Source: Candidatus Latescibacterota bacterium
GTDB lineage: Bacteria; Latescibacterota; UBA2968; GCA-2709665
NCBI GenBank assembly: GCA_965116875.1
Contig: OZ220733.1
Span: 5,184,001-5,248,000, forward strand
Reading direction: 5' to 3'
DNA: 64,000 bases
Shown: piece after piece, positions 37,959 to 47,902 of the stretch
How positions within the stretch are numbered: the stretch's first letter is position 1
How the letters are laid out: each line of letters begins with the position of its first letter
Notes under the pieces: generated by a model
What the model saw: the letters and a program-made list of their open reading frames with translations, nothing else
The model's database searches: none
What the model was told of the DNA's origin: nothing
Made by a program: the position numbers and the translations under genes

Positions 37959-38881
37959 ACCTTCACTTCTCCAGCGTAGGGGTCCACGGTCTCGATTTCC
38001 TGGGGCAGTACCGTCCGGATCGCCACTTCCTCGGAGGCGAGCAGGGTTTCCTCTTCCCCTTCGTAGAGGACCATGGGCTTGGCGGCCATGGTATCCTTGG
38101 CCATACCCAGGCTGTCCGTCGTCGCCACGAGATACGTGAACACGCCGTCCAGCTCCCGTACGGATCTCACCATCGCTTCCTCGAGCGAAACCGATCGATC
38201 CAGGCTGTCCGCGATATAGACCGCGATCAGTTCCGAATCGCAGTCCGACACGAAACGATGCCCGCGGCGCTCGAGGTCGCGGCGCATGGTCCAGTAATTG
38301 GTCAACTGCCCGTTGTGTACGACGGATATATCGCCAAACGGATACGCCCAGTAAGGATGCGCCGAACGTATGTCCACGTCGGACTCCGTGGCCATGCGGA
38401 CGTGCCCGATGGCGTGCGTGCCCACAAACGAACCCGTCCCGTACTGCTCGCTCACTTCGTTGGCGTCGCCGAGGTCCTTGACGAGTTCAAGCGCGCTGCC
38501 GATGGACAGGATTTCGACGCCCTCCGCGTCCTCAATGAAATCCGCGAACCGGCGCAGGTCTCCCTCGTACCTGACCCGGTACAGGAACGCGTACTCCGTT
38601 GGCTGCTCCGAGGCCAGCACTTCGCCGCCGAGGGATCCGATGCGCTCATCCACCTCCGCCTTGCGCTGTACGATCTGATCCCTGATCTCGAAGCCGGACT
38701 CCAGGTCCTCCTTCTCCGCCACCTTGAACCGCATCGCCAGGATCCCGGCCGACGGCTCTCCGTACAGCGCAAAACCCGTGGAATCCGGACCCCTGTGCCG
38801 CATCGCCTGAAGCATCATGGTCATTTCGCTGCCGATTCGACCCGTCCTGTTCCGGTGGATAATCCCGGCGATACCGCACAT
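37946..38881 (-). CDS. Class II glutamine amidotransferase (MgsA-like), copy 2
   Basis: MCGIAG, HRGPDS, GHVRMATES, HNGQLTN, DCDSE. Confidence 0.87.
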   Translation of the reverse strand: MCGIAGIIHRNRTGRIGSEMTMMLQAMRHRGPDSTGFALYGEPSAGILAMRFKVAEKEDLESGFEIRDQIVQRKAEVDERIGSLGGEVLASEQPTEYAFLYRVRYEGDLRRFADFIEDAEGVEILSIGSALELVKDLGDANEVSEQYGTGSFVGTHAIGHVRMATESDVDIRSAHPYWAYPFGDISVVHNGQLTNYWTMRRDLERRGHRFVSDCDSELIAVYIADSLDRSVSLEEAMVRSVRELDGVFTYLVATTDSLGMAKDTMAAKPMVLYEGEEETLLASEEVAIRTVLPQEIETVDPYAGEVKVWQN

Positions 38882-38894
38882 ATTCACCTCGCAT

Positions 38895-40376
38895 CTATGG
38901 CAGACAATCCCAGTAGGTCTCCAGGTCCCAGTCGGTCACCGTTGCCAGAAACCGTTCCCACTCGTCCCGCTTGTAATGCATGTAGACGTCGTACATCTCG
39001 CCAGGAAGCGACGACCGGATCACCTCGTCCTGCTCCAGCCTGTCCAGCGCGTCGCCGAGCGTTGTGGGCAGTTTTGTGACCTCTTTGCCCTCTTCGATCG
39101 CCTCGTAGATATTGCGATGCTCGGGCTCTCCGGGGTCCAGGTCCCGGCGAATGCCGTCGTCAAACGCCTTCAGTAACGCCCCCGCCATGAGATAGGGGTT
39201 CACCATCGCGTCAACCGCCCTGTACTCGAACCGCCCCGGTCCGGAGACCCGGAGCCCGCAGGTCCGGTTCTGATAGCCCCAGTCTGAATAGACGGGCGCC
39301 CAGAATCCCGTCTCCCACAATCGCCGATAGGAATTCACCGTGGAACACCCGATGGCCGTCAGCGCCTGGAGGTGTTCGATCACGCCGCCGATGCACTGCA
39401 GGCCGGTTTGCGCGGGCTCGCGTCTGCCCGGCAGCGGCTCAAACATATTCTCGCCGCCTTCCCGGTGCAGGAAGACACCCTCCATGCCGGGCAGTGTCTC
39501 GTTTCCCAGCGTCTTCAGCACGTCCTCTCCCCCGCGCCAGAGCGAAAGATTGTGGTGGCAACCCGATGCCGATACGCCCATGAAGGGCTTGCACATGAAA
39601 CACGCGATCAGATCGTGCTCCCTGGCAACCTGGGCGCATATCTGCCGGTACGTGGTGAGCCGGTCGCACGTGGCAAGCGCGTCGTCAAACGTAAAATTCA
39701 ACTCCAGCTGACCCGGCGCGTCCTCGTGGTCTCCCTGGATCATGTCCAGGCCCATCGCGCGACCGTATTCGATCACCTTCATGACCACCGGCCGCAGGGA
39801 CTCGAACTGATCGATATGGTAGCAGTAGGGTTTGCTGAAACCGTCCGCGGGTTTGCCGTCGGGGCCCTTCTGCAGCCACATCATCTCGGGTTCGGCGCCG
39901 TGGCGCATGTGCATTCCGTCGTGGTCCTCCCTGAACTGCGCGTGGATGCGCCTGAGATTGCCCCTGCAGTCCGACGTGAGGACCCCGCCGGGATTCTCCT
40001 GCTCGTCCCGGTTGCGGAAGAGCGTACAGAAGACCCTCGCCAACCGCTTGTCCCACGGCAACTGCACGAAGGTCTCGGGATCCGGAATTCCCACGAGTTC
40101 CGACGCTTCGGGCCCGTAACCGATATAATTGTCGTACCGGTCCATGAACAGGTTCGCCGTCGCCCCGTATACAAGCTGGAACCCGCGTTGCGCGGTCCGC
40201 TCCCAGTGGTCGGCCGGGATACCCTTGCCCACCACCCTGCCCGTTACCGAAATGAACTGGTAGTAGACGTAAGTGATTCCAAGCGCGTCGATCTTTTCGC
40301 GTACCTGGCGCACACGTTCGTCCCGACCGTCGGCCCGTACGTACGCTTCGAGAGCCGATGTGGCCTGATTCGACAT
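38895..40376 (-). CDS. Glutamine synthetase family protein (gamma-glutamyl-amine ligase-like)
   Basis: EPE, DHEDAPGQLE, FMCKPF, SGCHHN, NSYRRL, NRTCGLR, EYR. Confidence 0.88.
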   Translation of the reverse strand: MSNQATSALEAYVRADGRDERVRQVREKIDALGITYVYYQFISVTGRVVGKGIPADHWERTAQRGFQLVYGATANLFMDRYDNYIGYGPEASELVGIPDPETFVQLPWDKRLARVFCTLFRNRDEQENPGGVLTSDCRGNLRRIHAQFREDHDGMHMRHGAEPEMMWLQKGPDGKPADGFSKPYCYHIDQFESLRPVVMKVIEYGRAMGLDMIQGDHEDAPGQLELNFTFDDALATCDRLTTYRQICAQVAREHDLIACFMCKPFMGVSASGCHHNLSLWRGGEDVLKTLGNETLPGMEGVFLHREGGENMFEPLPGRREPAQTGLQCIGGVIEHLQALTAIGCSTVNSYRRLWETGFWAPVYSDWGYQNRTCGLRVSGPGRFEYRAVDAMVNPYLMAGALLKAFDDGIRRDLDPGEPEHRNIYEAIEEGKEVTKLPTTLGDALDRLEQDEVIRSSLPGEMYDVYMHYKRDEWERFLATVTDWDLETYWDCLP

Positions 40377-40408
40377 AGACGACCCTTCCTCTCCGCAAAT
40401 GAGTTTTC

Positions 40409-41089
40409 CTACCGTGACTCCAGGGCCCGGATGGCGCCAAGGCCGATCGGCGCGATCCCGAGATCGGCCCCGGCCTCCATGAGGATTTCCCACAGATAAG
40501 CTGCCAGGGAACGCGCCCCGAGGACCGAAAAGGCCGGCAATTCAGCGGTATCCCGCCGGATGACGAGTTGTGTCGTCCTGGCGACGCTGGTCTGTTTCGC
40601 GGCGCCGTCCGGAAACGCGGCAGCTGCGAAATCCAGACCGCACACCCTGCTCATCAGCGTGGGCGCGTCTGGCCCCAGAACGCGGATTTCCGACCACGCA
40701 TGGGTCAGATTCGTCACCGTGACGAAGCGGCCCGACGCGCGGTTGATCAGCGTCCTGCGGGTGGCGATATCCCGGCCCGGAGACGTACTCACAAAAAAAC
40801 AGTCTGCGCGAAGCCGGTACACCCGTTCGGAATCGACCGCAACCCCGGCGCCGATTGCCACCTCCGCTGACGCCCAGACGGTTTCCGCGTCCCGGCCTTC
40901 GACCTGGAGCTTACCGTTTGCCGTCTCGTCGGCCAGCGCCACGCCCCGCTTCGCGGAAGCCGTCTCCGCATCCGGCGTGGAATACGCCTCCGGAATCCGC
41001 CATCCGGAAGATTCCGAAAACTGCGCCCCGAGGTCCCGCGCCGTTTCGTGAAGTGGCGACAGCTTCACCGGCGCCGCCCATGTGCTCAC
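40409..41089 (-). CDS. soxG: Sarcosine oxidase / N-methylglutamate dehydrogenase gamma-like subunit
   Basis: GcvT-like; LGPDA..LMSRVCGLD, ARSLAAYLW; follows the alpha subunit. Confidence 0.78.
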   Translation of the reverse strand: MSTWAAPVKLSPLHETARDLGAQFSESSGWRIPEAYSTPDAETASAKRGVALADETANGKLQVEGRDAETVWASAEVAIGAGVAVDSERVYRLRADCFFVSTSPGRDIATRRTLINRASGRFVTVTNLTHAWSEIRVLGPDAPTLMSRVCGLDFAAAAFPDGAAKQTSVARTTQLVIRRDTAELPAFSVLGARSLAAYLWEILMEAGADLGIAPIGLGAIRALESR

Positions 41090-44010
41090 ATCTGCAACCT
41101 TTCTCCGGCTGGGTCGTAGAACGGCCCGTGGTAAACACAGGCGTCTTCAAGCTCGCCGTCCCGGCGAATCCGGAACCCCGTTCCCTCTTCCGCCGCCACG
41201 TGCGCGGGCAGCCAGCAGAGCCCGATGGTCTCCCCGAGCGACGGACTGAAGCGGGAGGACGTCAGCCAGCCGATGATCTCCTGTTTTCCGTTCCCGTCCG
41301 GATGCACGGCCTGCAGACCCTCTTCGGGCACGATGCCCGGCCGCGCCATTTTGAAACCCACGAGCCGCTGACGGGCGCCCCTTTCCGAGATCCTGGACAA
41401 CATGGGCTTGCCCAGAAAATCCCGCTTGTTCATTTTTACGGCCCATTCCATGTTGGCTGAAAAGGGATCGGTCAGCGCGTCGGTGTCCTGGCCGACGATG
41501 ATGTGCGCCTTTTCGAGCCGGAGCACGCGCTGCGCCTCCACCCCGAACGGCCCGATGCCGAATTCCTCCCCCGCCGCCATCAGCGCCCGCCACACGTGCA
41601 GGCCGAATGACGCCGGGCAGTGGATTTCGTAGGACAATTCGCCCGTAAACCCGATTCGAAGGACACGGCACAGCACCCCGGCGACACGGGTCGACCGCAC
41701 CCGCATATAGGGAAACTTCTCGCTGCTCAGGTCGCGGTCCGTGAGCTTCCGCAGCACGTCTCGAGACCTGGGGCCCGCCAGGTTGAACGCCGCGTAGGAG
41801 TCGGTGAGGTTGACAACGTGTACGCCTTCGCCCCAGCCCGACTGCGCCCACCACTGAATCCATTCGAACACCGCCGTCGCACCGGTGGAGGTGGTACTCA
41901 TATACCACTCGTTTTCCTGAATCCGGGCGCACACCCCGTCGTCCATCACAACCCCTTCGTCGTTGCACATCACGCCGTACCGGACGCGGCCCACACCCAG
42001 CTTCCGCCACTGGTTGACGTACACCCGCTCCAGCAGTTCAGGCACACCCTTGCCGGTCAGTTGAATCTTGCCCAGCGTGCTGACGTCCATCAGCCCAACC
42101 CGTTCACGTACCGCCTTCACTTCAGCGACGGGGTCGCCGTAGTCTTCAGGACGCAACCAGAGTCCCGCCACCATCATCCTCGCGCCCTGTTCCAGGTGCC
42201 ACTGATGCGCGGGGCTCACCTGAACGGGCTCCATGTTCTGACCTGCCAACGCGCCCAGCGTTACCGGCTCCACCGGTGGGCGAGACGTTGTCCTGCCCGT
42301 TTCCCCGACCTGCTTTCCGTTCGCACGGGCGCAGAGATGCACTGTATTCATGGAGCACATCCTGCCCTGGCAGGGACCCATGGAAATCGTGCTGTACCGT
42401 TTCAGCAGTTCGATACTGTCGTACCCCTCGACGATTGCCGTCCGCAGGTCCACGTCGGTGACGTCTTCGCAATAACACAAAAACCTCTTTTTTCTTCCCG
42501 GCACCAGGGTACGGGACGACGTACGCACCGGCTCGGCGGCCTTTCGGTCCTGGAGATCGGACACATCAGACGGGTCGGGTCCTTCGCCGAAGCCCGCACA
42601 GGCCGCGGAGCTCCTTCCGGCGGTCCGCCCCTCGTCCTGGGCGCACGAGACCTCGTTGGCGCCCGCGGCGCGCCCTGCCACGAACACGCCTTCCGGCGCG
42701 TTTGTCGCACGCGGTTCCGACCGCTGCGCGTCGTAGACCGATTCGCCGCCGGCCATGTGGAACAATGCCAGGTCCGGCGTCCATCCCACGCTGACGACAA
42801 TCAGGTCGCACGCCAGTTTACGCGCCGCGGACCGATCCGCCTCTCCCAACGGATCGATCCGGGCGACCGTGGCGGCCTGAACGCGTTTCGATCCGACGGC
42901 GTCCAGAATCGTATGCCGGAAAAACGCGGGCACGCCACGGGAAATCAACTCGCCGGCGGTCGCGCTCGAACACGAGTGCCGCTCGTCCAGTACCCCGGCG
43001 ATTTCAATGTCCGCCCCCGCCAGGTCCCCGGCCACGTCCCATCCATCGTCGTTCGCGGTTACCACCAGCGCCCTCGCGCCCGGCTTCACACCGTAGAGAT
43101 GGACGAGCCGGCGGGAGGCGCTGCCCAGCATCACCCCGGGCAGGTCGTTATTGTCGAACAGCAGCGGAACCTCGATGGCGCCGGTTGCGAAAACCACGGA
43201 TTTCGCGCGTATTTTGAACAGTCGCGAACCCTTCACCGCCGCCAGCCAGTGATCCTGATACCAGCCCAGAACCGCCGTATCGGTGTAGACCTTCACGTCC
43301 GAACGGTTCGCCACCGACGACAGCAGCGCCTCCAGCCGGTCGGCCTGGGAAGGCGAATAGCGCAGGCGCCCGCCCAGAGACGGTTCGACTTCGAAAAGCG
43401 CGACGCTCGCCCCCTGTTCAGCCGCCGCGACGGCCGCGCCGACTCCGGACGGTCCGCCCCCAACCACCACCACGTCGGCATGCAGATACTGTTTGTCGTA
43501 CGTGCCGGGCCGCGACGCTAAATCAACCTTCCCCAGGCCCGCCGCGCGGCGGAGTACGTGTTCGTAGGACGGCCAGAGCACGGTGGGCCGGATGAAGGTC
43601 TTATAGTAGAAACCCACCGGCATCAACGGCGCGGCCAGCTGGGTGAGCGAAAGAACGTCGCGGTCCAGCGACGGCTGCGCGTTCTGCGACTGAACGGCCA
43701 GGCCTGCCTCCGCGCGGCGCGTACAGGCGCGGACGTTGGGCTCGTCGCCGATCTGGACCAGACAGTTGGGACATTGGCCCGCGCAACAAAGCAAACCTCT
43801 GGGCCGGTGATACTTGAACGACCGGCTGAACACCTGCACCCCGGACGCGGCCAATGCCGACGCAATGGTATCGCCCTCGTATCCGGTGTAGTGCCGTCCA
43901 TCGAAGGTAAATTCGACTTTCGCATCGCGATCGATGACTTCGCCGGTTTGCGGCGGGAGCCTTTCCGAATCCGTGGGGGCAACCGCCTGCCGGATCGATT
44001 CAGTCGCCAT
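41086..44010 (-). CDS. soxA: Sarcosine oxidase / N-methylglutamate dehydrogenase alpha subunit
   Basis: GDTIASAL, RSFKYHRPRG, GGGPSG, KRYSTISMGPCQG, DVSTLGK, FTGELSYE, LRLEK. Confidence 0.92.
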   Translation of the reverse strand: MATESIRQAVAPTDSERLPPQTGEVIDRDAKVEFTFDGRHYTGYEGDTIASALAASGVQVFSRSFKYHRPRGLLCCAGQCPNCLVQIGDEPNVRACTRRAEAGLAVQSQNAQPSLDRDVLSLTQLAAPLMPVGFYYKTFIRPTVLWPSYEHVLRRAAGLGKVDLASRPGTYDKQYLHADVVVVGGGPSGVGAAVAAAEQGASVALFEVEPSLGGRLRYSPSQADRLEALLSSVANRSDVKVYTDTAVLGWYQDHWLAAVKGSRLFKIRAKSVVFATGAIEVPLLFDNNDLPGVMLGSASRRLVHLYGVKPGARALVVTANDDGWDVAGDLAGADIEIAGVLDERHSCSSATAGELISRGVPAFFRHTILDAVGSKRVQAATVARIDPLGEADRSAARKLACDLIVVSVGWTPDLALFHMAGGESVYDAQRSEPRATNAPEGVFVAGRAAGANEVSCAQDEGRTAGRSSAACAGFGEGPDPSDVSDLQDRKAAEPVRTSSRTLVPGRKKRFLCYCEDVTDVDLRTAIVEGYDSIELLKRYSTISMGPCQGRMCSMNTVHLCARANGKQVGETGRTTSRPPVEPVTLGALAGQNMEPVQVSPAHQWHLEQGARMMVAGLWLRPEDYGDPVAEVKAVRERVGLMDVSTLGKIQLTGKGVPELLERVYVNQWRKLGVGRVRYGVMCNDEGVVMDDGVCARIQENEWYMSTTSTGATAVFEWIQWWAQSGWGEGVHVVNLTDSYAAFNLAGPRSRDVLRKLTDRDLSSEKFPYMRVRSTRVAGVLCRVLRIGFTGELSYEIHCPASFGLHVWRALMAAGEEFGIGPFGVEAQRVLRLEKAHIIVGQDTDALTDPFSANMEWAVKMNKRDFLGKPMLSRISERGARQRLVGFKMARPGIVPEEGLQAVHPDGNGKQEIIGWLTSSRFSPSLGETIGLCWLPAHVAAEEGTGFRIRRDGELEDACVYHGPFYDPAGERLQM

Positions 44011-44287
44011 CCCCGCCCTCCCCGTCCGCGTCCGCCTGCCACGCGTACGTCTTCAGGACCTCCTGCGTCTTCGTATGCCGCTGGGCCAGGAACCAGAGAC
44101 CGCATCCCGACTGGTGAAACCACCACGCCGTCTCCACACCCAGTTTATTGTCGCACAGATAGAGATATGCGGCCAGCTCCGCGTCGTCGCACGAATCAGG
44201 GTCCGCCGGCCGGGGGTTGTATTCACCCCCGAAGCGGAACTCGCTTACATTTCGCTCGCCGCAATTCGGGCAGGATAGAATCAACAT
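44000..44287 (-). CDS. soxD: Sarcosine oxidase / N-methylglutamate dehydrogenase delta subunit
   Basis: CPNCGER...EF, HQSGC..WF...RHT. Confidence 0.9.
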   Translation of the reverse strand: MLILSCPNCGERNVSEFRFGGEYNPRPADPDSCDDAELAAYLYLCDNKLGVETAWWFHQSGCGLWFLAQRHTKTQEVLKTYAWQADADGEGGDGD

Positions 44288-44321
44288 AGCGCACTCAGAT
44301 TCAGGGCCAGCGACCCGACGG

Positions 44322-45560
44322 TCAATGCCCCACCGACGCCGCGCCTTTTTCGCCAACCAGATCGAATTCCTCGAACCTGGACAGCCGAAACGGGTGTATC
44401 AGGTCCGGCGTACGGTCGCCGGCGATCAGTTCCGCCATGGTCCGCCCGCAGATTGGGGACGCCTTGAAGCCGTACGTGCCCCAACCCACGTCCACAAGAA
44501 AGCCCCGCACGGGAGTAAAGCCCATGATGGGACTGTAATCCGGAGTCATATCGCAGAGCCCCGCCCACTGACGCAGGACGCGCACCTTGCTCAGGAACGG
44601 AAACAACTCGAGCATGTGTCCGGCAATACTCTCCATGAACGCCAGCGAAGAATCCATCGAATAGGACGTATAGGGGTCCACGCTTGCGCCCATTACGAGT
44701 TCGCCGCGGTCCGACTGGCTCACGTACACGTGAAGGCTGCCCGACACGATGACGACGTCGAGAAACGGCTTGAGCGGTTCGGTAACGCAGGCCTGCAGTG
44801 GAAAGGTGGTAAGAGGCAGGCGCACGCCTGCCATATCGGCAATGGTCGACCCCCACCCCGCCGTTGCGTTCAACACCGTGCCGGTCCGGATGTAACCCCC
44901 GGTAGTCTCCACACCCACGACGCTCTCGCCGCGGACGTCAATCCCGGTCACCGCGGTCTGCTGATGAATGTGCACACCCCGACGGTCGGCCTGATGGGCA
45001 TAGCCCCATACGACGGCGTCGTGACGGACGATGCCTCCCGGCGGATGGTAGAGCGCGGCCAGAATCGGGTAACGGGGATGGTCGCTGACGTCGATTCCCG
45101 GACAGAGCCTCCGGATTTCGTCGGGCCAGATCAACTCGGATTCCACACCCTGCAGCCTGTTCACCTCCGCCCGCCTGCGCATGGTGCGTACGGCGCCGTC
45201 GGTATGCGCAAGTGTGAGGTGCCCGCGCTGGCTGAACATGACGTTGAAATCCAGTTCCGTCGCCATTTGCTCGTACAGCCGCACGCTTTCGTCGTAGAAG
45301 CGCACCCCTTCCGGCGTGAGATAGTTGCTGCGGATGATGGCGGTATTCCGACCGCTTCCTCCGGAGCCGATATACCCTCTTTCGATAACGGCGACATTCG
45401 TAATGCCGTGTTCCGCCGCCAGGTAGTAGGCGCATGCCAGGCCGTGCGCGCCCCCGCCCACAATCACGACGTCGTAACGCTCGCTGACGGGATGGGACCG
45501 CCACATTCTGGGCAACAGTCCGTTTCCGTTCAGCGCCTGTCGAATCAGCTTGAACGACAC
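44322..45560 (-). CDS. soxB: Sarcosine oxidase / N-methylglutamate dehydrogenase beta subunit
   Basis: GGGAHGLA, GSGRNTAIIRSNY, RHDAVVWGYA, GWGTYGFKA, GAASVGH. GTG at 45560; the ORF-track extension crosses a MITE. Confidence 0.92.
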   Translation of the reverse strand: MSFKLIRQALNGNGLLPRMWRSHPVSERYDVVIVGGGAHGLACAYYLAAEHGITNVAVIERGYIGSGGSGRNTAIIRSNYLTPEGVRFYDESVRLYEQMATELDFNVMFSQRGHLTLAHTDGAVRTMRRRAEVNRLQGVESELIWPDEIRRLCPGIDVSDHPRYPILAALYHPPGGIVRHDAVVWGYAHQADRRGVHIHQQTAVTGIDVRGESVVGVETTGGYIRTGTVLNATAGWGSTIADMAGVRLPLTTFPLQACVTEPLKPFLDVVIVSGSLHVYVSQSDRGELVMGASVDPYTSYSMDSSLAFMESIAGHMLELFPFLSKVRVLRQWAGLCDMTPDYSPIMGFTPVRGFLVDVGWGTYGFKASPICGRTMAELIAGDRTPDLIHPFRLSRFEEFDLVGEKGAASVGH

Positions 45561-45574
45561 CTGACAATCCCTGA

Positions 45575-45736
45575 GAAGCTGTTTTAAAATTACCGGTGAG
45601 TTCCCGAGCACGAGCGAAAAAGTGGCGGTCAAGGCGGGAAAATCCGCCCATATTTGTCTATACGGGTGGATTTGACCAACGCCGACCGGCGCTTTTGCAG
45701 CCGTGCGAAGACCGTTGGGAATTTTAAGACAGCTTC
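45575..45736. mobile_element. MITE-like element, 162 bp
   Basis: Terminal inverted repeats GAAGCTGTTTTAAAATT / AATTTTAAGACAGCTTC (16/17), flanked on both sides by TGA (45572-45574, 45737-45739). Confidence 0.75.
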
Positions 45737-45767
45737 TGAAATTCCCGTTCGTTGCCGGAAGCCGCAC

Positions 45768-47114
45768 CTATTTCCAGCCGGGCCCGCCCCCCGCGACGCG
45801 GTTCGTCCCGACCAGCGGAAGATCGCAGATCATGGACGCCTCTGATGTCAGCGCGCGCATGTCCTCCGGCTCCAGATCGTGCACATCCGCCTTGCCGCAT
45901 GCACGCGCGAGGATCTGGATTTCGGACGTCATGGCCTGGAGCAGATTGGCCACGCGTTCAGCCGCTTCGTCCACGTTCAGGCGGGCCATCAGCTCGGGAT
46001 CCTGTGTGGTAATGCCCACCGGACACCGACCCGTGTGGCAGTGATGGCAGTGATACGGCTCCGCGCCCAACGCCCTGTAGTCGTCCACGAAAAGGGGCCG
46101 GTTGCAGTTCAACGCCATCAGCGCCGCCGTGCCGATGTACACGGCATCGGCGCCCAGCGCCATGGCTTTTGCGGCGTCGACGCCATTCCGGATCCCGCCC
46201 GCGATGATCAGCTGTACCTTTCCGTACATGCCGATGTCCTCGAGCGCCGCCCTCGCTTCACCCACAGCCGCCAGCGTGGGAATGCCCGTATGCTCCTGGC
46301 AGATTTCCGCGGATGCCCCGGTGCCGCCTTCCATGCCGTCGACCACAACCACGTCGGCCCCGGCCTTGGCCGCCAGGCGTACGTCGTCGAATACGCGGGT
46401 GGCGCCCATCTTGACGAAAATGGGAACCTGCCAGTCCGTGGCCTCACGCAACTCCTCGATTTTGATGATCATGTCGTCGGGACCCAGGAAATCCGGATGC
46501 CGCGCCGGACTTCGCTGGTCCACGCCGATGGGCAGGTCCCGCTGCGACGCCACGTCCCCCAGCACCTTGGCGCCCAGCAGCAGCCCCCCCGTGCCCGGCT
46601 TCGCCCCCTGTCCGATGGTGAGTTCGATTCCGTCGGCAACCCGGAGGTCGTGCACGTTGATACCGTACCGCGAAGGCAGGACTTCGTAGATCAGCACCTT
46701 GCTCTCATCCCGCTCCGCCTTCAACATGCCTCCGTCGCCCGTCGTATTGGAGGATCCGACCGTATTGGCGCCCCGGGCGAGCGCCACCTTGGCGTTGTAG
46801 GACAGCGCGCCCCAGCTCATGCCGGTGATCATGATGGGCGTATCCAGCACGATGGGCTTTTCTGCAAAGCGGTCGCCCAGAACCGTTTCCGCCGAACAGC
46901 GCTCCCTGTACCCCTCCAGCGGAATGCGCGTGAGCGTACAGGGAATGAAGGTCAGGTCGTCGAACGTGGGCCACCGCCGCTCGCGCAGCGTGCCGAACCC
47001 GCGTATCCGGTACCGCCCCAACTCGGCCTTGACCTGGATGTCTTCGATGACGGCGGGCGTAAACGTGCCGCTGGCCTGCGGCGGACGATAACGCCCGTTA
47101 TATTCTTCGTCCAT
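45768..47114 (-). CDS. mgsC: FMN-binding glutamate synthase family protein (N-methylglutamate synthase subunit C-like)
   Basis: GMSWGALS, TTGDGGM, GQGAKPG.GG, DGMEGGTGA, CHHCHTGRCPVGITTQ. Confidence 0.85.
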   Translation of the reverse strand: MDEEYNGRYRPPQASGTFTPAVIEDIQVKAELGRYRIRGFGTLRERRWPTFDDLTFIPCTLTRIPLEGYRERCSAETVLGDRFAEKPIVLDTPIMITGMSWGALSYNAKVALARGANTVGSSNTTGDGGMLKAERDESKVLIYEVLPSRYGINVHDLRVADGIELTIGQGAKPGTGGLLLGAKVLGDVASQRDLPIGVDQRSPARHPDFLGPDDMIIKIEELREATDWQVPIFVKMGATRVFDDVRLAAKAGADVVVVDGMEGGTGASAEICQEHTGIPTLAAVGEARAALEDIGMYGKVQLIIAGGIRNGVDAAKAMALGADAVYIGTAALMALNCNRPLFVDDYRALGAEPYHCHHCHTGRCPVGITTQDPELMARLNVDEAAERVANLLQAMTSEIQILARACGKADVHDLEPEDMRALTSEASMICDLPLVGTNRVAGGGPGWK

Positions 47115-47118
47115 AGTT

Positions 47119-47195
47119 AACCTTGATTCATCATTTTTCGGGATGTTAATTCGAATATGTGGTTGTTAATAAAGGCAATTTAGCTGCTGATTACC
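47119..47195 (-). repeat. Dispersed block-conserved element, copy B
   Basis: GGTAATCAGCAG...GCCTTTAT-N11-TATTCGA-AT-TAACATCC-N11-GAATCAAGGT ending just upstream of ATG 47114. Confidence 0.65.
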
Positions 47196-47206
47196 AGGAT
47201 ACACGA

Positions 47207-47902
47207 TTACAGCGCCTCCCGCCACACGGCGCGCTCGTCCTTGTCGAAATTCCAGAGCTTGCGGCCTGCCACCACCTTTTTGAACGATGTGACGTCGGGG
47301 CGCGTGCCCAGGTGTTCCTGAATGGCGTTCCTCAAAAAAGCGAACTCGCTCTCGACCGGCGTCTCAACCACGGCATCGTTGCCGAGTTCCGCGATCTCCC
47401 CGCCCACGAAACATTCTGTCTCGTACATCGAATCGGCAAAGGCTTCGCCGGTATCGCCGCAGACGATAATGCGGCCCGTCTGTCCCATGAACCCGGCCAT
47501 ATAACCGCAGTCCCCTCCCACGACGATCAACCCGCCTTTCATCGCCACGCCCAGACGCGCCGAGGCGTGGCCCCGCACCACCACGGCGCCCCCGCGAATA
47601 GACGCCGCCGTACCGTTGCCCGCGTTGCCGTGCACGATTACCTTCCCGCTCATCATCGACTCCGCCAGACCCCAGCCCGCGCTGCCTTTTACCTCGACGG
47701 TCGCACCGTCCATCATCCCGGCGCAATAGTACCCAACGCTGCCTTCCAGAGTAAGGTGGACGGGATCCAGAAGCGCCACCCCGAGATTGTGGCGCGCGCC
47801 CGGCTCCAGGACACGGACCTCGCCTTCCCCGGCGGCAACAAACGCTTTTATCTCCCGGTTGATCTCCCGCGTTGACTTTCCGTTGCAGGTCAGTTGTGCC
47901 AT
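47207..47902 (-). CDS. mgsB: GXGXG (MgsB-like) protein, copy 1
   Basis: EGSVGYYCAG, GWGLAESMMSG, GVAMKGG, GFMGQTG, ADSMYE. Confidence 0.82.
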   Translation of the reverse strand: MAQLTCNGKSTREINREIKAFVAAGEGEVRVLEPGARHNLGVALLDPVHLTLEGSVGYYCAGMMDGATVEVKGSAGWGLAESMMSGKVIVHGNAGNGTAASIRGGAVVVRGHASARLGVAMKGGLIVVGGDCGYMAGFMGQTGRIIVCGDTGEAFADSMYETECFVGGEIAELGNDAVVETPVESEFAFLRNAIQEHLGTRPDVTSFKKVVAGRKLWNFDKDERAVWREAL

